DNA of 62,942 nt, the filler included, from Ministeria vibrans ATCC 50519 (lineage: Eukaryota > Protista > Filasterea), in assembly GCA_943704425.1 (NCBI GenBank). It is 5 parts of 5 records of this genome, joined end to end, with 100 filler letters (N's around TTAATTAATTAA, not from the genome) between each part and the next. Parts side by side here need not be neighbours in the genome. Positions count along the whole stretch, not along the records: positions 50,885 to 61,753 come from CALSCP010000693.1; positions 61,854 to 62,942 come from CALSCP010001842.1; 3 more parts are not named here. One strand, given 5' to 3'. Positions 51,228 to 62,942 of the stretch are shown here, piece after piece. Numbering within the stretch: the first letter of the stretch is position 1; every line of letters begins with the position of its first letter. Position numbers and translations under genes: made by a program. The notes under the pieces are model-generated. The model made no database searches, was not told the origin of the DNA, and worked only from the letters and a program-made list of their open reading frames with translations.

Positions 51228-53872
51228 TTATTCATCATACAATATCGACTCGCGACCGTTGAGTACAATACGCAGTCTGTCTACAGGTTGCCCCTCGCCT
51301 CGTCCCACAACGACATTGACTTCGGCCCGTGATTGGTTTTTGGCATGGGCTGTCCAATCGACAGTCACACTTTGAACGCTGTTAGCGGCGCTCACACTTT
51401 GAACACGAGACTCGATTGCAGTGACCATCAGAGCTTGTTTCGTGGCGAGTGTAGGCAGTGGGGGTGCGGACGTCAGCACAACCACTTGGGTCGGCAGTGG
51501 CTTCATTTGCTCATAGTATGTGACGCTCTTTTCAATATGACTCTTGATGAGCCTTGCGGTAGGGCCTGGAGAGAAGTCACGCAGGATCCACGAGCGAACG
51601 CCGTGCGCCGTGGAGCTACCCACTGTCTCTTCGTTGCAACCGTTGTTCTCAAACTCGTCGTTGTACAGAGGATTTTTCTTGGTCGCTTTCATCGTGAAGT
51701 CTCCATTGGCCATCTTTGTCACACCAATGGTTGTGTCAAAGTGGAAAAAGCGCAACCAATTTTCCGCCCGGCCTTTTTCGCGACTTACCCCTGCCCGAGC
51801 CGCCTCCTGACGCACCTCATTCAGAGAAGAGGTGGCGCCCGCCCAATACGGTCAATAGTTAGCAACAGATGACCTGGCAGTAGTAGAATAAGGCGATGTA
51901 CAGTGAAACCGAGGGCACTTAGCACGAAAGCGGGGTCTTCCGCCAAGTGTGCGTGCCAGCGCTTCCCCTTGGCCTGCGCTCGAACACCCGAGCCGAATGG
52001 TCTTCCCACAAGGAAGGTTCCCATATTGTGGCGAGGATTGGTACTGGCATAGTACGAAACGAAGGAGCGCAATGAAGTGGGCATCACAACGTTGTGGGAG
52101 TCCGCTCGTAATGTTGCTTGCATCTCCGCCGTCCCGTATGCATACGAATGTTTCCCTTGTTCCGCGAGCAACCGATGACATCCGTCATAGTACAGGAATC
52201 CAAGATGGTCATGGTGCCGATGCGTCTTGGAGTGGAAACCGCTTGCAAACGTTAGATGTGAGAAGCCCTGTGCAAAAAGATGAAAGAGAAAGGAAGAAAT
52301 TAACAATAATAATTATTATTATTTTTATTTTATCATTATTAATTTTACCGTTTCTAGTTTAGAGCAGGAGAACATATACCCCGTTTTCCACAGGGCAAGT
52401 ATGTTTCCTGGACACTCGTAGTTGTTGACGGCAATTTGGCTGCCAGGATTGGTGTCGCCCAGAACGGCCCACTTACTGTCCGGTTGGAAGAACCAGGCGA
52501 TGCGTTCTCGGGCACATGTTGCTGCTTTGTTGAAGAGAGCTGACGAATTGTCAAGAGCCAGCAGTGACTGGAATAACTCCAGGTACACTGCATGGTAGAC
52601 GGACGAGTGTTCACGAGAAACACACTCGTCAAAGTCATACACCAATCGAACGGTGTGCTCAAAGCGCTCGAGCGCCAACAGCGACCAGCCTTGCACCTGT
52701 TTGAGGAGCGCCGTCTTGTTGGCGTGAAAGGGAAATAATGTCGGCTTGGAATGGACATGGCGACGCACAAAGTGACAAATTGCCAGCAAGCCCAGGTCGG
52801 TAAAGAGGCCATGGTTATTTTGAAGATGTTTACGGACGACCATGCGCGCAAGGAAATCTCCATGCTGGAGAAGCATTTGGGCCAAACCGACGTGGTGCTT
52901 GCGAGGTACAATGCTCTTGAAGTGCGGTAGGTCCACCAGGAAGGTGAGGAAGCTTGACAGAGCGGAGGCACGCATTCCAACTGACATGTCCTGCCACCCG
53001 CCCTCAACGCCGTTCGACAAAAGAGGCACCAAAGGATCCAGCATGGGGTGCGTCTCGTTCCAGCGAATGATAAAGTCGAGTAGTTCGCCAACGACGAGCG
53101 AAGCATTTTGATAAATCGGTTGTCTCTTCAGGATGCGGCCAAATTTTTTGGGCACACACACAAGGGGAATGAGCGCACGCAAGTGTGGTCGAAAGGTTTG
53201 CAAGTCAAAGAGAATTTGACGATCGTACGACGTGAATTTGCCCCCTGCAGCCGCGTTGAACCGAGTAAAATCGTATGATTGCGCATCGCCAAGCTTGTAT
53301 GGCACCTACAAAAGCATAACAAGCATTAATAACTTCGCCAAGTGTGAGAATAATGAAATTAGCAAATGGTATATGACTGGAAAATCTCTATGAGAGCGCT
53401 AGAAAGGGAAAACATCGTTTTGGAAATGCATACGGGTTTTTCGCTGGCAATAAGATTGCCCTTGTTGACAAACTCAATGACCCCTTTGACAGACCAAAAC
53501 TCTTGCCTGTTGTACACTCCTAATACATGTTGCGGACAAAGGTCTTCTTCTTCGCCTGGTTGCAGAGCAGTTGGCGAAGATGCTTTCACTGCAGCTAACC
53601 CTCGCAAACCTAGCTGCGCCGCAGTTGGGGTAGCGACCGGCACAGCGCTGGAAGCATTTGGTGTGGATGAGAGGGTAGTGGGAGTGGATGGCAGTGACGT
53701 GGATGTGGAAAAGTGGGTCTTGGGAATGAGTGAGAGAGTTGTGAGGGACGAGGATGGGCGAGTTTGCAGTATCAGGTCGTGATGAGAGAGATCTCGAGGC
53801 TAAAAGGAGAGAAAGGAGAACAAGCAACGTGGCGCAAGCCAATGCTAAAAAGCGGCCCGCGCTCAGTCGCAT
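51228..53872 (-). CDS. Heparinase II/III-like polysaccharide lyase; N-terminal signal anchor and S/T stem, apparent frameshift near 53785
   Basis: WQDMSVGMRA, NNHGLFTDLGLL, REHSSVYH, PDSKWAVLGDT, HSKTHRHHDHLGF, QGKHSY, SHNVV and FFHF motifs of the Hepar_II_III family. Confidence 0.78.
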
Positions 53873-53984
53873 GGAGAAAAAAAAAGTACGATTATCGTTT
53901 CGCCTTCGATTCTCTATTTCTTCATAATTTTCTTTTCTTATCTAAAATTTTATTTGAAATTTTTCATCGACAATTGTAAGTATA

Positions 53985-55379
53985 ATGTCTCTCGTGACGA
54001 CCACGCCATGTCGATTGTTTCTTGCGTTTGGCGTCTTCGCCCTGGTGTTGTTTGGTATTAATATATTTTTATCAAGCTTATTGTAGTGCAACCCCTAACC
54101 CAAGCTCATTCTTTCAACCCTGAAATCATAGCGTATGTGGCCAACCTGAGTCTGATGGACACGGCTCCTAGCGCGGTAAAGAGCACATCTTTAGGAATTC
54201 ACGCATTGGAGTTCGAGACGTCCAACGCAAGCGTAAAAGGAATTCGCTCTGCACGCTGGTGCATAGAGCCTCAAGGAGAGCGCGTTGGGGACCTTTTCGT
54301 GTCACCTGAGTGTGACTACCACGTTTATACTCCTGAAGAAATGCAAGACACGTTTGCGAGTACGATTCCAAAGTAAAATTTGCTCGCCACACTCATCATC
54401 TTCTCTCTTCTCTCTCTCTCTCTTTTTTGTTTGTTTTTCACCAGATCAAGTTATAGTGTTTTTTGGTTCATCTTTCACAAGGAATACTTTTCGGTGTTTC
54501 GCGGATCTTTTGACCAATGGAACAAGTCGATCAATAGATCCACGCTGGCCGATTGACCGACGGCATGCTGGGATTCCTGATCTTTTGACGCTGGCCTGTG
54601 GCAATCAGTCACCCATTGCGCATATGGACAACCGAATATACTTTGCTTCGCGAAATATCACCCTCGAGTTTTATTGGGTCCCACTGGAAAACCCCGCTTT
54701 GGAGGGCATTAAACCTCCCTGCACAATGGAGAAGTGCATCATAAACGGCTATGGCACAAATAGCACTCTAACCAAAGCTCAGCTGGCACGAGGAAATGGT
54801 TGTGTCCTTGACCAAATCGGGTGTGCAACGAAACTGCGCGCGCGATACTGTGGCTACCGCGATCATCGAAAATTCATCTCACGGCTCCTCAAGTGGAAGC
54901 AACGAAAGGGTGTTCCTCCCGCAACGTTATACATCTACGACAGTCGCTTTATCGACACTCAATTCATTGAGTTACCGCCCAACATTCCCACGCTCAAGTA
55001 TACTCACAACAACATCAGGCAACCACCCGATGCGGAAGTCAAAATGCATTCCTTGTTTCGACTCAACGTCCTGCAGGATGCTTTTCATTCGCCGCGCCAT
55101 ATCAATCGACAAGCACTTCTCAACTTCATTTTCATCGTAGCCACCAAGCTTGACATTCTTCTTCAGCACAAGCGGAATCCTCACGCACCCTTTCGGTTCA
55201 AGACACCCAGCGTATCGTCACTTCTCGCCCGAAATTCTTCGTCCTTCGTCCAACTCTTTCCCTATGCGAACGACACCTTTTGTACCAACCTCATTTACAA
55301 GCCGAAAGCCAACAAACGGGACTATCAGCTGGGACTGGGGTCTCTACTTGTATATTATATGAAAAACAAATACGTGTAA
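53985..55379 (+). CDS. PC-esterase/SGNH-like (CASD1/NXPE/TBL-type) glycan acyltransferase or esterase with N-terminal hydrophobic anchor
   Basis: MSLVTTTPCRLFLAFGVFALVLF; spliced CDYHVYTPEEMQDTFA-N-QVIVFFGSSFTRNTF (GDS-like), ITLEFYW, C-terminal DAFH (DxxH). Confidence 0.6.
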
Positions 55380-56056
55380 AAATAAGAATAAAATGATCAT
55401 TTTTTTTTCAGAAAAGGCGTAGAAAAAGAGAATAGAGAGAGCTGTACACAATGTCAAAACAAGACAATCATTAAATTATTAATTGTACCGTTATTTTTGT
55501 TAATATTATTCATATGAAATTCATTTTTTTCTTTTCTTATCCTTCAACCAAATACAGTTATAACTGCTATTACCAAACAAGTACAGTGGTTGGGGTCTCT
55601 TTGCAGTGCAGTCACTGCAGTGGAGTGTGCAGATCAGGCAAAATAAGGGAAATCGAAGTGAATTTACTCTCTTTGCCGATAATTTGATTGCGTGAATAAA
55701 TATTCTCACATTCTGAGCGAAAGTGAATTTGCATTACATAGATATTCATTTACAACCCATTTTTTACATAGTAATCTGGATTCTGGAGCCTTATTATCAC
55801 TTATCACTTGTCACTTATCACTTATCAGTTATCAAACAGAAGTCACTCACAGACTGTACTCACTCACGCGATCCGCAATTCACTTCCCATTATTTTGATT
55901 CCAAATTCCAAAAGGCAAAACCCCAAATTGAAAAAATAATTTTCTTAAATTATTTACTCTCTCTGTGTCATCGACTGTTCCCACTGTCTTCCTGATTCGC
56001 ATTAATCTACAAAAAGCCTTGTATTTTCTGCGTGTGAGCCTCGTTGTAAAGTGAAT

Positions 56057-56509
56057 ATGAAGGCTGTCAGAAAGGTGAGTTCACTCGTAAAAGCCCCTTC
56101 CCGTGTCCGCAGCCGCGTTTCTCGCCTCCGATCTATCGCCCCTGGACGCGACGCATGCACGTGCGCCGTGTCTGCGTGTGTCTTGTCCTGTTGCTGCGCC
56201 GTTGCCGCCCCTTGAACAATTTCAGATCGAGAAAAATCAATCAAACGACCGCATTTTGCTGCGTCGCGCATGCCCATGGGGACCACTGGAACGTCTCCAT
56301 TGCCATCCGCCCGATCCAGCCCGACGCGAGCCCCGTCGCATTGCCTCCTGAAGTCCCTTTCGTTTGGCACTCCGGCGTTGCCTTCCGACGCCTCTCCCAC
56401 CTTACCCCGTTGCTTTTTTACACCGCTTGCGTCATCACTGCAAGAACTGTGTTACATCTGGCGCCCCTGTTGGCCTTTCAGGCAATCGACTTCGCCAAAA
56501 AGCTCAGAC

Positions 56510-56542
<33 letters not shown>

Positions 56543-57275
56543 TCTGTGTGTCCTCCCTTCAAACGGAGGAAATATGGTCTCTCACGGCGCCTGTTTGCTC
56601 TACCGGAGACCAACAAGTGTGTCCATGCCGCACCGCCCGCTGTGCGGCTCCTCCCAAGTCCCACTGAGACACTTGTCAAAAAAAAAAAAAAAAAAAAAAA
56701 GAGAGACTTTCCTGAGGTGTCGATTTGGGAGAGAAGCGCCACTCTGGGGCGTACGCGCTTGTATTTGGCTTGTCGCTGCGCCCACGGCGTCCGGGGCTGC
56801 TGTGGGCTTGTGATTGGTGTGTTGCTTGTGCCGGCAGAGCCTTTACCGGCGCGCCCTGGTCTTTTTATTTTTGTCCTTTTTTTCATTCTTTGGGTTTTTT
56901 TTTTGCAGACGCTTAGCAAAGGAAAGGGGGACAAGAAGGAGAAGGACAAGAAGGAGAAGGAGTCGCCCAAGGTACCAGCGCCCGCCTTGTTGGCTCTTGA
57001 GCATTCCAATTCTGACCCAAATCATCAATCATCTTTTTCTCTCTCTCTGTCTCTCTGCCTCTCTATCACTTTCTCTCTCTCTCTATCACTTTCTCTCTCT
57101 ATCACTTTGTCTCTCTATCACTTTGTCTCTCTATCACTGTGTCTCTCTATCACTGTGTCTCTCTATCACTGTGTCTCTCTATCACTGTGTCTCTCTATCA
57201 CTTTCTGTCTGTCTCTCTCTCTCTCTCTGTCTCTCTCTCTCTCTCTCTCTCAAACTCTCTCTCTCAAACTCTCAA

Positions 57276-57312
<37 letters not shown>

Positions 57313-57972
57313 GTCTCATTCACATTTCAGGATCAGAAGAAGAAAGACAAGGAAGACGTAAGCAAGGGTGTATCGGTGTTTTGATTGTGTTTGATGATGA
57401 AAGCAGTGCATTCGATTCGTTTGCCTTCCTCATTCTCGTTTTTGTTTCTTGTTCTGACTTTGACCTGTGACAGGCAAAGCGACCGGAAAAGCACCACCCT
57501 CCCCCGGAGCCTCCCAAGAGCGGAGTGATTGACAAGTTCAAGAAGCAAAAGGACGCCATTCCCGTGATCAAGGGCGGTTCAAAGCGTCAACACTCATCGC
57601 GATTTCGCGTCAACCAAAAGGTTGAGATTCAGAAGCTCCCTCTGTTCAAAGGTAAAATGCAAGAGCAACTGTGTGTGTATGCACGTATGCATGTGCGGTA
57701 ATATTTATTGTGTGATTTTCTTTTTCTGTTTAGATGTACCCGCAAGCGAGCGAGAGGACATTTTTGTGCGCAAACTTGACCAGTGCTGCGTTATGTTTGA
57801 CTTTGTCGACCCACTGTCAGACCTGAAAGGGAAGGAGATCAAGCGAGCGACTCTCAACGAACTGGTGGATCACGTGTCTACCAATCGCAATGTCATCACA
57901 GAGAAGGTCTACCCCGCCAGTGTCAACATGGTACGCGAGACCAATGATAGCTTTTTTCTAAAGTCTCACCCA

Positions 57973-58011
<39 letters not shown>

Positions 58012-58982
58012 GCGTCGAATCTGTTCCGCACCTTGCCCCCATCGTCCAACCCAACGGGCGATGCGTTTGACCCTGAGGAGGACGAGCCCGTCCTTGAGGC
58101 TGCTTGGCCCCATCTCCAGATTGTCTATGAATTCTTCTTGCGCTTTCTCGAATCTGCCGATTTTCAACCCAATATTGCAAAGAAGTTTATCGATCAGGTA
58201 ATTTTCATCTAATAATAATAATAATAATGTATCTCGACTTATTTTTTTTTTGGTATGTTTGTTTTTGTTTAAAAAGACGTTTGTGACCAATTTGCTTGAG
58301 CTGTTTGGCAGCGAGGACCCGCGCGAACGCGATTTTCTCAAGACTACCCTGCACCGTATCTACGGGAAATTTCTCACTCTGCGCGCTTTCATCCGCCGCT
58401 CCATCAACAACATCTTCTACAGCTTTATCTACGAAATGATCCATCACAATGGCGTCGCGGAACTCCTTGAGATTCTCGGCAGGTACATTTCACTTAGTTG
58501 ACTATTGATTAGGACTAACTAATAAAATAATGTGTGTGCTCACTGGGCGAATGTAGTATCATCAATGGGTTTGCACTGCCGCTGAAGGAAGAGCACAAGG
58601 TCTTCCTGATCCGAGTGCTGATTCCGCTGCACAAGGTCAAGGCGCTGACGCTCTACCATCCCCAACTCGCCTATTGTGTTGTCCAGTTTCTTGAGAAGGA
58701 CCCGTCCCTCACTGAGCCCGTACGTCTCACATCCGTCTTTTATTCTTCTTTTGATACTATAATACCGTCTAGACCTTTCTGGGAATGCTCAAATACTGGC
58801 CCAAGACAAACAGTCCTAAGGAAGTCATGTTCCTCAACGAAGTCGAAGAGATTCTCGATGTCATTGAGCCCCTTGAGTTCCAGCGCATCATGGACCCACT
58901 TTTCCGTCAGCTCGCCCGCTGTGTCGCCAGTCAGCACTTCCAGGTGTGAATAATAACAATAATAATGATAATAATAATAATA

Positions 58983-59039
<57 letters not shown>

Positions 59040-60307
59040 TATTATTATTATTATTATTTATTATTAATTATAAATTTATTATTATTATTATTGTGATTAT
59101 CATTATTTTTGTTGCGTTTGTTTGTGGTTTTGGGTGTGTGTGTGTCTTGTGTTCATTTTTTTGTCCGACGTATTATTCTTAGGTCGCTGAACGTGCGCTG
59201 TACTTTTGGAACAACGAATACATTATGAGCCTCATCAGCGAGAATGGCGATGTGATTCTCCCAATCATGTTCGCTTCACTCTACAAGAACTCAAAGACCC
59301 ACTGGAATCGGTACACACTCATCGGGCCCGTGCGGAATTTTTCACTTACTTTCTCCTTTCTGTCTCTGTAGGACCATTCATGGACTGGTGTACAACGCAC
59401 TGAAGATGTTTATGGACATGAACCCGAAACTGTTTGACGAGTGCACTCACAAGTACAAGGCGGAACGACAGAAGGAGAAAAAGAAGGTACACTCCATTTG
59501 CACTCGTGGTCAATATAGCATTGATGCTTCGCCTTTCCACAGTCGAAGGAACGTGAGGAGATGTGGCAGAAACTGGAGCAGTTGGCAAATGAGAAGCGCG
59601 GTGAGCCCGTCAAGCAGTCTGTCTTCCCGTCCGCTGCGTCTCTTCGGGTCAGTGCTAAAGCCGTGTCTCGTTTCTTCTTTCTTTATTTCTCTCTCTGTTA
59701 CCCCGTTTCTCCTTTACTGTGTTTTCCTATCACTCTGTCTCTCTGTTGTCTATCACTTTTCTCTCTTATCACTGTGTTACTCTCTCTCTCTCTTTACCAC
59801 TGTGTTTCCCTCTCTCTCTCTCAAACTCTCAAACTCTCAAACTATATAATAATTTATATTTTAATAATAATAATATCATTATATTATCACCTGTGTTAAC
59901 AAAGAACCCTTGTGTGTAGCCTGTGAGTTTGTTGGAGCGTCAAGACACTGATCTAGCGATGGACGTTGCAGGAGTACGCAATTGAACATGAACAACACGT
60001 CTTTTATTCGCGACTTATGCATGTTTCTTCGTTATAGCCGCTTCGTCAGGTAGATCAGCCAGAAAAGCTCAACCCACGACTGCGTCGCAAATCAGTGCTC
60101 CCACAAGATGCAGAGGTAAAAAAAACCCCACAAGCAATGGAAAAATAATTTACATCATAATTATTTTGTACACCTTACTCGCACCTCGCTCTGACATTCT
60201 GCGTCACTCATTGCCAATGTTCTCTCTTCTCTCTCCTATGTTAGGTCGTGAGTGCGCTAGACAAGCACATGTCGCTGGACGATGTCGTAGCCGACCACTC
60301 TAAGTAG
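56057..60307 (+). CDS. PPP2R5: PP2A regulatory subunit B56/B' (gamma/delta-like), many exons
   Basis: [96 protein letters not shown]. Confidence 0.95.
57050..57205 (+). repeat. Intronic 16-nt minisatellite (CTATCACTGTGTCTCT)n
   Basis: Several tandem copies; related units occur in other introns. Confidence 0.85.
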
Positions 60308-60562
60308 AGTTCCTTCCCTCTTTCACACAACACACTCTTCTATCTCTCTCACGCACTTGAACCTCTCCTCTCTCTCTTTCTCTTTTGTGTGTGTTGTGTT
60401 TTTTTGTCCGTGTGTGTTGTTGTTGCGTTTTGTTTTCCCCTCCTTTTCTTTATTCTTTTGTGGGGGGTTAGAGAGAGAGTGGGTGAGAGAAAGAAAAAAA
60501 CGAAAAAAGAGAGAATTTCAATGAACACACTCAAAAAAGAATACAGAAAATAGAAAGTGTTA

Positions 60563-61498
60563 TTAGAGGTCATCTCTGGAAGAGACTGGGCGGAGAGAGG
60601 GCCAAGAGGAGCGCTGACTGGCATTGCACTGGACATAGTGGGACCACAGAGAGCGAAAGCGGGCCTCGTCAAAGGTGCCCGAGGGCTCCTTGGCGGGCAG
60701 ACGGGGCCGCAAAGAGGTCGAGCGGACGTTGACGGAGCTGATGTGGATGTGGCGGCTCATTTGGCCGGCAAAGTTGCTGAACATGGACGAGCCGGAAACA
60801 AGAATGTCACAAGTAATAAAGTGGTGGAAGGTGACGAGTGCGTCAAGGCCCACATGAAGGTGTGCCGAGCACCCCTTGGCTTTCGTGCATTCTGTGAGCT
60901 TGGAACGGAAGTCGGTTTTAGCGCCCGTCTCGTCGACATAAACTGGATCGGGTCGCTTCTTGAGCTTGATTTCGTCGCGATTGACGCCTTTGCTGCCATC
61001 ACTGAAGACATGCACACGAATCGAGACGTCCTCCATAGTTTCAGTGACCATTGTCACGACACGGTTGACTATGTGTGCGTAAAACCCGTCGGCTTTCATT
61101 GCGCCGTGCATGTGGAAAGCATCACCGCGTCGAATGTGCACCGCAATGTTCACGTCACGCTTACGGTACAGCTCGTGGCCTTTCATGAGACGCGCCCGTG
61201 TGCTCTCCGCCTCCTCGTAGCGCGCGCGGTACCACGCTCCCGTCTGCGTGTACGTCCAATCCTGGTCGGGAAACACTCGCGCTGGCTCAATCTCAAAAAC
61301 AACATTCTCATCGGGCTCTGCCTCGACCGACGCGTGAAACGGCGCACTCCACGTATTGCTCAGCTTGCGGTATTTCTCGGCCACGTCGCCCGTGGGCCAA
61401 TTGATGACGCGAAGTTTTGGCAACGTTTTGCTCTTGCCCGCGACCGCCTCGTCCAGTTCCTTCACACCGACAAGGCCAACGCCAAAGCCAAAGAACAC
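60563..61498 (-). CDS. Fucosyltransferase-like glycosyltransferase (GT11/GT23-like), terminal exon
   Basis: NIAVHIRRGD, VHVFSDG, TFHHFITCDILVSGSSMFS (GDP-fucose-binding motifs I-III); 5' end lost at gap. Confidence 0.75.
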   Translation of the reverse strand: MFFGFGVGLVGVKELDEAVAGKSKTLPKLRVINWPTGDVAEKYRKLSNTWSAPFHASVEAEPDENVVFEIEPARVFPDQDWTYTQTGAWYRARYEEAESTRARLMKGHELYRKRDVNIAVHIRRGDAFHMHGAMKADGFYAHIVNRVVTMVTETMEDVSIRVHVFSDGSKGVNRDEIKLKKRPDPVYVDETGAKTDFRSKLTECTKAKGCSAHLHVGLDALVTFHHFITCDILVSGSSMFSNFAGQMSRHIHISSVNVRSTSLRPRLPAKEPSGTFDEARFRSLWSHYVQCNASQRSSWPSLRPVSSRDDL

Positions 61499-61689
61499 CT
61501 GCGAACAACATTCAGATTCGCACACACACACGTGCAGGCAGACACTAACCCTAACCCAAAAACAACACACACACACGACATACACACACTGAGATATACA
61601 AATACAGACAGATACTAACCCTAACGAGAGACAGACAGACACAAATCCACACATACACACACACACAAACAAACACACAAACACACACA

Positions 61690-61753
<64 letters not shown>

Positions 61754-61853
61754 NNNNNNNNNNNNNNNNNNNNNNNNNNNNNNNNNNNNNNNNNNNNTTA
61801 ATTAATTAANNNNNNNNNNNNNNNNNNNNNNNNNNNNNNNNNNNNNNNNNNNN
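61754..61853. other. Artificial scaffold spacer
   Basis: N44-TTAATTAATTAA-N44. Confidence 0.97.
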
Positions 61854-61854
61854 T

Positions 61855-62398
61855 TTGCTGGTGCACGAGTGCACCTTTGACGCACACTTGCACGAAAAGG
61901 CCATTGAAGGTACACCTACTCTTTGACGATCACGCGTCTCTCTCTATCACTCTTTCTATCACTCTCTCTATCACTTGTATTTTTTTTCTCTCTCTCACTT
62001 TGAGTTTGTCTCCGTCCTTTCTGACTCTGACACACACACTTTTTTTTTCACTCTTCCTTCTTTCACACACACACACACACTCTCTCTCTCTCTGCTGTTT
62101 TATCTATAAATGCTCTTCCGCCCTGTACTTTTTTTTAGGGGGGCACAGCACGAGTACTATGGCGGGGGCCTTTGCCGAACGCATTCGGGCGCGTCGTGTT
62201 GCACTCACGCACTTTAGTGGGCGTACTACCTGCGACAGTGACAAGATGACCCCCGACAGCGCGGTGGGTTGCGAGACTGGCACAGAGGCAACGGCAGCAG
62301 TACCGGGTTCGGTGGGTGAGCTTGTCGAACAGGCGAGAGCTGCTGGTCCTTCTCCTCACTATGTTGCTGCCTATGACTTTATGCAAATTAGAATATAA
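61855..62398 (+). CDS. tRNase Z (ELAC family), C-terminal exons
   Basis: LLVHECTF (HEAT motif), GHST, ALTHFSGR, AYDFMQI. Confidence 0.85.
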
Positions 62399-62677
62399 CT
62401 ATCGTACAAATTAAATTAACACTGATTGAACTCATTGACTGAATGACTGACTCCCTTCTCCTCCTTTCGCGAGGTCTAAGTGCCTCCTCTTTAGAAGCTG
62501 AGTGATGCCTTTGATGAGTCATGACTACGACAGGCTGTATCGACGGGCGTAGAACAGCCGCAATGTCATGGCAATTCGGCAACAAATTGGTTCAGTCACA
62601 CAACGTCGGATCTGAATTTTTAAAGCTTTATTATTTTTCTTGTATATACGGTTGGTAGCACGGCGACTCGTCACACA

Positions 62678-62892
62678 ATGAACTCGGGAGTACCGTCGGG
62701 TGCCCCGGGGGCAGAAGTGGCACGGATCGGCAATTATGTGTTGGGCCAGACCATTGGCGCTGGCTCGTCTGCATCGGTCCGTCTCGCGACCCACCGCAAG
62801 ACCAATGCCCAGGTCGCCGTCAAAATCATCTCAAAACGCGCTGCTGCAGACTCTCTCGTCAAAAAGATCGCCAGGGAAGCACCCATTATGCG
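62678..62892 (+). CDS. CAMK-like (SNF1/MARK/KIN1 group) Ser/Thr kinase, first exon
   Basis: IGNYVLGQTIGAGSSASVRLATHRKTNAQVAVKII...IAREAPIM, then GTATGT donor. Confidence 0.85.
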
Positions 62893-62942
62893 GTATGTGC
62901 ACATTTGTCTACTTCGTCGGTTTCTTTCTTTTTTTTTTTTTT

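Noticed and set aside
56155-56900. Long ORFs 56155-56667 and 56270-57361
   Set aside because: They lie in PP2A-B56 introns, run through poly-A and CT tracts and contain no recognisable domain.
57050-57205. CRISPR-like array or tetO-like sequence (TCTCTATCACTG)
   Set aside because: Head-to-tail 16-mers with no unique spacers and no cas genes, inside a eukaryotic intron; only half of tetO matches and it is not palindromic.
61545-61625. CTAACCCTAAC telomere-like or telomerase-template-like motifs
   Set aside because: Embedded in a low-complexity CA-rich intron; too short to support a call.

Overview
Gene-dense, intron-rich eukaryotic genomic DNA. Exons are GC-rich, introns are short GT-AG and full of (GA)n, (CA)n, (TAA)n and poly-A tracts. 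The gene content is not animal (riboflavin synthase, Atg17) yet includes RapGAP/RasGEF, cathepsin Z and a CYP7-clan P450, so I infer a unicellular protist, possibly an opisthokont; the species cannot be named from sequence. Four artificial 100-nt spacers (44 N + TTAATTAATTAA + 44 N) split it into five contigs whose adjacency is not guaranteed. About 28 genes or gene fragments are recognisable: SRP68, RNase H1, GH65/PGGHG-like, RPL38, two DEP-RapGAP paralogs, ABCB7/ATM1, CDK9-like, PSMA3, RBM25, cathepsin Z, a bacterial-type caspase-like protease, POLE2, MED4, Atg17, an HA-domain protein, CPOX, renalase, a CYP7-clan P450, riboflavin synthase, a PH-RasGEF, heparinase II/III-like, a PC-esterase/SGNH protein, PP2A-B56, a fucosyltransferase-like GT, RNase Z and a CAMK-like kinase. 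The most striking features are: (1) SRP68 is split by a 10.2-kb phase-compatible intron, bounded by (GA)n tracts, that holds four complete genes (real nesting or a misassembly); (2) a head-to-head heparinase II/III + PC-esterase glycan-modifying pair with a duplicated 3' end; (3) DEP-RapGAP architecture in two paralogs, one tail-to-tail with a RasGEF; (4) a prokaryote-like caspase; (5) a 41-bp inverted repeat pair 4.6 kb apart. All family calls come from motif recognition by eye; no database searches were run.
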